Source: an uncultured Methanobrevibacter sp. (GTDB lineage: Archaea > Methanobacteriota > Methanobacteria > Methanobacteriales > Methanobacteriaceae). From it: a stretch of 32,000 nucleotides of DNA. The stretch covers positions 12,641 to 44,640 of the forward strand of contig NZ_OMWD01000007.1 of assembly GCF_900314695.1 (NCBI RefSeq), written 5' to 3'. Positions within the stretch are counted from its first letter, which is position 1. Every line of letters begins with the position of its first letter. Below, in pieces: positions 27,332 to 32,000 of the stretch. Both the position numbers and the translations under genes were made by a program. Under the pieces are notes generated by a model, which had not been told where the DNA came from, made no database searches, and worked only from the letters and a program-made list of their open reading frames with translations.

Positions 27332-27505
27332 TCAAATTTAAGTCATTTATTTTCATTTTCTTTTTAAATTTTAAATTCATTTTACTTTTCAACTGCTCTC
27401 TTTCCAAACTATTAAATATACTATATGATAAAATATTATTCAATTAAATACTTTGATTTAAGTGTTTAAATTGGTTATATACAATTGACAAAAAAAGGTA
27501 ATATA

Positions 27506-28741
27506 ATGAAATTTGCACATTTAGCAGACACTCATTTAGGTTATCGTCAATTTGGTTTAATTGAACGTGAAAAAGACTTTTATGAAGTGTTTGAAAAGGT
27601 TATAGATAAAATAATTGAAGAAAAAGTGGATTTTGTAATCCATAGTGGTGATCTATTTGAAACCGCAAGACCGTCCCCTATTGCACTTTTAACCTTCCAG
27701 AAAGGATTGCTTAAATTAAAAGGTGCTGGAATTCCTATGTATGCAATAGCAGGTAATCATGATATTGTAATGCGTAATGATTCAATCCCGCCTCAAGTAA
27801 TCTTTAAAAAGTTGGGTTTAAAAGTAATCAGTCCTATTAATACTACTTATATGCATGGTGATATTTTTATAGCGGGCTTACCATTTTATCCGTCTTCTCA
27901 AGTTAAGAATTTAAAGTCTAAATTAGCTGATTTATCTAAAAAGGCTGCAAAACATGAAAAATCAATTCTTGTATTGCACCAAGGCATTGATAAATACTTT
28001 GGACAAAATTATGAACTTGAAATCGGAGATTTGCCTGATAATTTTAATTATTATGCTTTGGGACACATTCACAATTATATCAATGATAATTTTGGAAATG
28101 GAAAATTGGTCTATCCGGGTTCTAGCGAAATATGGAAAACTAATGAATTAAAGGACTATAAGGAAAACGGAAAAGGTTTTGTTATAGTTGACTTTGATGG
28201 TCCAAAACCTCTTGTCAAAAGGGTTAAAGTTGATATTTCCCGTACATTCATTGAAAGGTCACTTGATTACAATGAACTTGAAAGTGGAATTGCCGGTTTA
28301 AAAGAAACAATTGTCGGCTTTGATAAAAAACCGATTTTAGATTTGAAAATTAACAATGTCGAATCAGATACCAACAGAGTTTATGAACTGATTAAGGAAG
28401 AGCTTGGTGATTTGTCTTTAATGATAAGACCTACATTCAGCATGCTTGGTGAAGATGACATTGATGTTATAATCAATCAAAAGGATTCTTTAGGTCCTTT
28501 GGAAATTCTAAAAGAGCAATTGGATGCTTATGGTGATGAATCTGTTACCCGATTGGGACTTGACGTTTATACTTTCCTATCAAAGGATAAGATTGATGAA
28601 GCTGATGAAATATTAAATCACTTCTTCGATGATTATTATCATAAAGACGAAGATGAAGAAACTGAAACTGAAGAAGAGGGAGAAGCAGAATCAGCTGATG
28701 AAAAGGATATTCAAGTTACATTTAAGGAGGTTCTAGAATGA
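27506..28741 (+). CDS. mre11: DNA double-strand-break repair nuclease Mre11
   Basis: Phosphoesterase motifs HLADTHLG, HSGDLFE, AGNHD, VLHQG and LGHIH, plus an acidic C-terminal tail. There is an ATGA overlap with rad50. Confidence 0.9.
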   Translation: MKFAHLADTHLGYRQFGLIEREKDFYEVFEKVIDKIIEEKVDFVIHSGDLFETARPSPIALLTFQKGLLKLKGAGIPMYAIAGNHDIVMRNDSIPPQVIFKKLGLKVISPINTTYMHGDIFIAGLPFYPSSQVKNLKSKLADLSKKAAKHEKSILVLHQGIDKYFGQNYELEIGDLPDNFNYYALGHIHNYINDNFGNGKLVYPGSSEIWKTNELKDYKENGKGFVIVDFDGPKPLVKRVKVDISRTFIERSLDYNELESGIAGLKETIVGFDKKPILDLKINNVESDTNRVYELIKEELGDLSLMIRPTFSMLGEDDIDVIINQKDSLGPLEILKEQLDAYGDESVTRLGLDVYTFLSKDKIDEADEILNHFFDDYYHKDEDEETETEEEGEAESADEKDIQVTFKEVLE

Positions 28742-31485
28742 TTTTCACAAAATTAAAACTGGTTAATTTCAAATCCCATGAAAATACTATTATTGACTTT
28801 GAAAAAGGGATTAGTGTTATTGTGGGTGAAAATGGTGCTGGAAAATCCACAATTTTAGAAGCGATTAGTTTTGCTTTATTCAAACAGCATACTGCTAAAA
28901 AAATCGATGATTTGGTAAGAAATAATGCAGATTCAATGACTGTTGAATTGGAATTCAATTCCAATAATCGTGAATATAAGATAGTTCGTAATAAAAAATC
29001 AATGTTAAAATCCTCCATTTACAAAAAAACCTCCAATGATGGTGGTTTTGTTCATATCTGTACTGGAGATAAGGAAGTTGCAAATGAAATTCTCCAGATA
29101 TTGGACATTGATTCTGATTTGTTCCTCAATGCAATTTACATAAGACAAGGTGAAATTGCAGAGCTTGTTGATAAAACATCTGCTGAGAAAAAAGAGCTGA
29201 TTGCTAAATTGCTTGGAATTGATTCCTTGGAAAAAGCCTGGAAAAATTTATTGCCATTCATCAGCGGATATGAAAATCAGTTGGCAGAACTTAAAGGGAA
29301 ACTATTCAATTCTGATGAGTTGAAAGATGAATATTCTAAGAAAAAAGCAGAATTGGAATCTCTTAAGGATAGGGGTCATGAACTTGAAGAACAAATAGAA
29401 GATGTAACTGCCTCCCTGAAGGATATTTCTGAAAGTAAAAGAAATATGGAAAGAGAAAAAGAAATTTATGATACTCAGGTTAATAATCTTGAAAATGAAC
29501 AAAAAACTTTGGCCAAATTAGAAAATGATAAACATGTTGTTCAGGAGAATCTGGATAAAATCAGTGAAGCTGAAGAAAAAATTACCAGATTAGACAAGTA
29601 TGTTTCAAAATTGGAAGTGTATCTTGACTTTGAAAAGTCAGTTACCAGCATTCAAAGATTGAAAAAAGATGAGGAAGAAATCAATAATAAATTAGATTCA
29701 ATATCCAATCAGAAAGCTATTGTTAATGATAAAAAAGAGGAATATAATAAGTTTTTAGCATCCGATGAAGAAATTAACAAATTGAATAATCAAAAACTCA
29801 ATCTTGAAAAGCAATTGGCTACAGCCGCTAAAATGGAAAAGGATAAAAAAGAATTGCTATTGCACATTGAGAATGAAAGAAATGATATTGAAGACTTTTT
29901 CTCAAGAACAAAAGATAAATTGGCTGATTTCGGATTATCACAAGATACCTTGGCAGAGGTTGAACATTTTAATCAAATTGAAGAAGTCACTAATGATTAT
30001 ATTGTTGAAGTTGCAGAAAGCATTGAAAAATTATCCGGTGATATCCTTTCTAAAAAGGAAAGTCTTGTAGAATTTAAGCAAAATATTAAAGCTGCTCAAA
30101 AACCGTTAGAAGAGTTAAATGAAGTTAATAATAAATGTCCGGTTTGTCAATCAGACATCAGTTCAGATCAGAAGAAGGATTTAATCGAAAGTTATGAATC
30201 AACAATCAGTGAAAATGAGAAATTAATTTCTGAAACTGAAGAGGATGTTCGTTTATTTAATCAGAATAAGGAAAGCTTTGAAGATAAACAAACCAAACTT
30301 CAGGAGTTATCTAAAAATATTGTCGAGTATAAACAGAAGTTTGTTCATTTGGAAGATGATGTTGTTAAACTAAATGAAATAGATGAAAATCTTGAGTCAA
30401 AAGAATACATCAGTAATAAATTAGGAGAACTTATACTTGTTATTGCTCGTGAAAGAGATGCTAAAGAAAGTTATAAGGAGTCTTATGATGCATATGTTCA
30501 AGCTAAAGGTGCTTTGGATGTTTTAGGTAGTGAAACTGAATCTCAATATAAATTAAATCAAATTAAAAATGAGATTGACAATCACGTTACTAATATTAAA
30601 TTAGCCATTAATCAGGACCCTCATCTAAGCGGAGACATCAGTCCTGGTGAACTTCAGGATAGAATAGCTGATTTAAAACAGAAAAATGAAGAATTTAATC
30701 AACTTAAGGGTTTTGTTCAAAATAAAAAATCCCTATTGTCTCAACATGATTCTATTAAGGAGGATATTGGCGTATCTAAAAATCAGATTGACATCATTCA
30801 AAATAAAATTGCCGCCTCTCTGTATGATAAGGAGAAATATGAACAAATCATTTATCGCTCAGAGTTATATGAAAGACGTCAAAATACATTTAATTCAGAA
30901 CTTTCTGAAATTAAAGGCAGAGCCCGTGAATCAATAACTTACATTAAAGAGTTAAATGAGAAAATAATAATGGCTGACAAGTTTAAAAGGGAATATGATA
31001 ATTTGGAAAGTTATATTTCCATGTTGAAAAACATTAGGGAATTATATGGTAAAAATGGTGTTCAAAAAGATTTAAGGAATATTTCCAGACCGTTAATTCA
31101 AAAATACACCAAAGAATTCTTTAATGAGTTTAACTTCAATTACTCTGATTTAACTTTGGATGATGAGTATAATGTAACAGTCTATGGTCCTGAAGGTGAA
31201 TCTTCAATGAGCATGGTTAGTGGTGGTGAAAAAATAGCTATTGCCCTAGCTTTAAGACTTGGTATCACTCAAGCAATTTCCAAAGGAGATTTGGATACAA
31301 TATTATTGGATGAGCCTACAATTCATTTGGACAGTTCCAGAAGACATGAATTAATTAATTTATTAAAGGACATGTCTTTATTGCCTCAAATGATTATTGT
31401 AACTCATGAAAGTCAGCTTGAAAATGCAGCTGATAACATAATTAAAGTTGAAAAAGAAAATGGTATTTCAAAAGTTATGATGTAA
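28738..31485 (+). CDS. rad50: DNA double-strand-break repair ATPase Rad50
   Basis: Walker A GENGAGKST, a long coiled coil with the zinc hook CPVC, signature SGGE and Walker B ILLDEPT. Confidence 0.9.
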   Translation: MIFTKLKLVNFKSHENTIIDFEKGISVIVGENGAGKSTILEAISFALFKQHTAKKIDDLVRNNADSMTVELEFNSNNREYKIVRNKKSMLKSSIYKKTSNDGGFVHICTGDKEVANEILQILDIDSDLFLNAIYIRQGEIAELVDKTSAEKKELIAKLLGIDSLEKAWKNLLPFISGYENQLAELKGKLFNSDELKDEYSKKKAELESLKDRGHELEEQIEDVTASLKDISESKRNMEREKEIYDTQVNNLENEQKTLAKLENDKHVVQENLDKISEAEEKITRLDKYVSKLEVYLDFEKSVTSIQRLKKDEEEINNKLDSISNQKAIVNDKKEEYNKFLASDEEINKLNNQKLNLEKQLATAAKMEKDKKELLLHIENERNDIEDFFSRTKDKLADFGLSQDTLAEVEHFNQIEEVTNDYIVEVAESIEKLSGDILSKKESLVEFKQNIKAAQKPLEELNEVNNKCPVCQSDISSDQKKDLIESYESTISENEKLISETEEDVRLFNQNKESFEDKQTKLQELSKNIVEYKQKFVHLEDDVVKLNEIDENLESKEYISNKLGELILVIARERDAKESYKESYDAYVQAKGALDVLGSETESQYKLNQIKNEIDNHVTNIKLAINQDPHLSGDISPGELQDRIADLKQKNEEFNQLKGFVQNKKSLLSQHDSIKEDIGVSKNQIDIIQNKIAASLYDKEKYEQIIYRSELYERRQNTFNSELSEIKGRARESITYIKELNEKIIMADKFKREYDNLESYISMLKNIRELYGKNGVQKDLRNISRPLIQKYTKEFFNEFNFNYSDLTLDDEYNVTVYGPEGESSMSMVSGGEKIAIALALRLGITQAISKGDLDTILLDEPTIHLDSSRRHELINLLKDMSLLPQMIIVTHESQLENAADNIIKVEKENGISKVMM

Positions 31486-31494
31486 TATCATTAC

Positions 31495-31513
31495 TTTTTT
31501 TTTATTTTTTTTT
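31495..31513 (+). terminator. oligo-T tract (T9-a-T9) immediately after rad50
   Basis: Read directly from the sequence. Oligo-T runs are the usual archaeal termination signal. Confidence 0.5.
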
Positions 31514-31907
31514 ACATGGTTTCGCAAGCGTTTTTGATGGAATCAACAATACAATTCGCATTCCATCCGACAATGGTTGCTGCTTTTTCTTCAAGTGTTT
31601 CGGGAACTTCTTCAAGTCCGTATGGTCTTACTAATATTATTGGAATGTCATAGCTTTCACTTGCCTTTAAAAGACTTTCAAAAAGTTCCTTATTGTCTTT
31701 ATATAATCCTGCTAATAAAATTATTCTATCAATTTTTTTGTAGAATTCTTCACCTGCGAGGGAAAAATCACCTGATATGGATTCCTTCCATAAAAAATCC
31801 ACTTTTGAAAATAGCTTTTCTGTAAATTGCCCATATTCGTTGTTTCTATCTATGCCGTTACTTATGATGAGGTTGTAAATTTTATCGTCTTTTTCATCTT
31901 CAAACAT
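31512..31907 (-). CDS. small MTH538-type TIR-like (DUF1863-like) flavodoxin-fold protein (tentative)
   Basis: The 131-aa sequence has an alternating beta/alpha pattern: IYNLIISNG, RIILLAGLY, IPIILVRPYGLEEVPETLEE and ATIVGWNANCIVDSIKNA. This resembles what I recall of the MTH538/DUF1863 family. It has not been verified by any search. Confidence 0.4.
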   Translation of the reverse strand: MFEDEKDDKIYNLIISNGIDRNNEYGQFTEKLFSKVDFLWKESISGDFSLAGEEFYKKIDRIILLAGLYKDNKELFESLLKASESYDIPIILVRPYGLEEVPETLEEKAATIVGWNANCIVDSIKNACETM

Positions 31908-32000
31908 TTTATCACCTTGCTTTTATTTTAACTGTTATTGTATAAAATAATTTGTTTTACAAAATATTTATTAGTTTTAAAGTAGTATAATTGTATAGAA

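Noticed and set aside
27261-27443. 60-aa minus-strand ORF in the spacer before mre11
   Set aside because: It overlaps the 3' end of the HEPN-partner gene by about 70 nt on the opposite strand. It is K/N/L-rich low complexity with no start context.

Overview
AT-rich archaeal chromosome segment. The gene content looks like Methanobacteriales, probably Methanobrevibacter (inference from archaeal phosphopantothenate synthetase, archaeal NMN adenylyltransferase, Tsr3, L40e, GGGP synthase, NurA/HerA/Mre11/Rad50, and a PMP-repeat adhesin-like protein). I found no rRNA, tRNA, CRISPR array, transposase or integrase. Coding density is high and most genes are housekeeping: M42 peptidase, TrmO, two tandem Mop molybdate-binding proteins, MoaE, NMNAT, Tsr3, an MFS transporter, a YqhA-like protein, L40e, GGGPS and the DSB-repair genes. 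The standout is a co-directional five-gene block at 15002..22535. It holds two paralogous proteins with an N-terminal cytoplasmic TIR domain, one TM helix and a small extracellular domain, then a signal-anchored Ser/Gly-tailed protein, then two paralogous 750-790 aa proteins that join an HD phosphohydrolase domain to four RyR (ryanodine-receptor-type) repeats. I know of no described system with this composition. I propose it as a candidate TIR-based membrane sensing or immunity module with HD-RyR effectors. Secondary items: a HEPN-like two-gene cassette splitting nurA-herA from mre11-rad50; a small MTH538-type TIR-like protein convergent with rad50; a YqhA homologue whose conserved N-terminus lies upstream of any canonical start codon (possible ATT start); a leaderless, internally duplicated beta-helix protein; a nearly identical tandem mop pair; and an RNase H-like exonuclease plus HEAT-repeat operon. 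All domain calls come from motif reading by eye and need HMM or structure confirmation.
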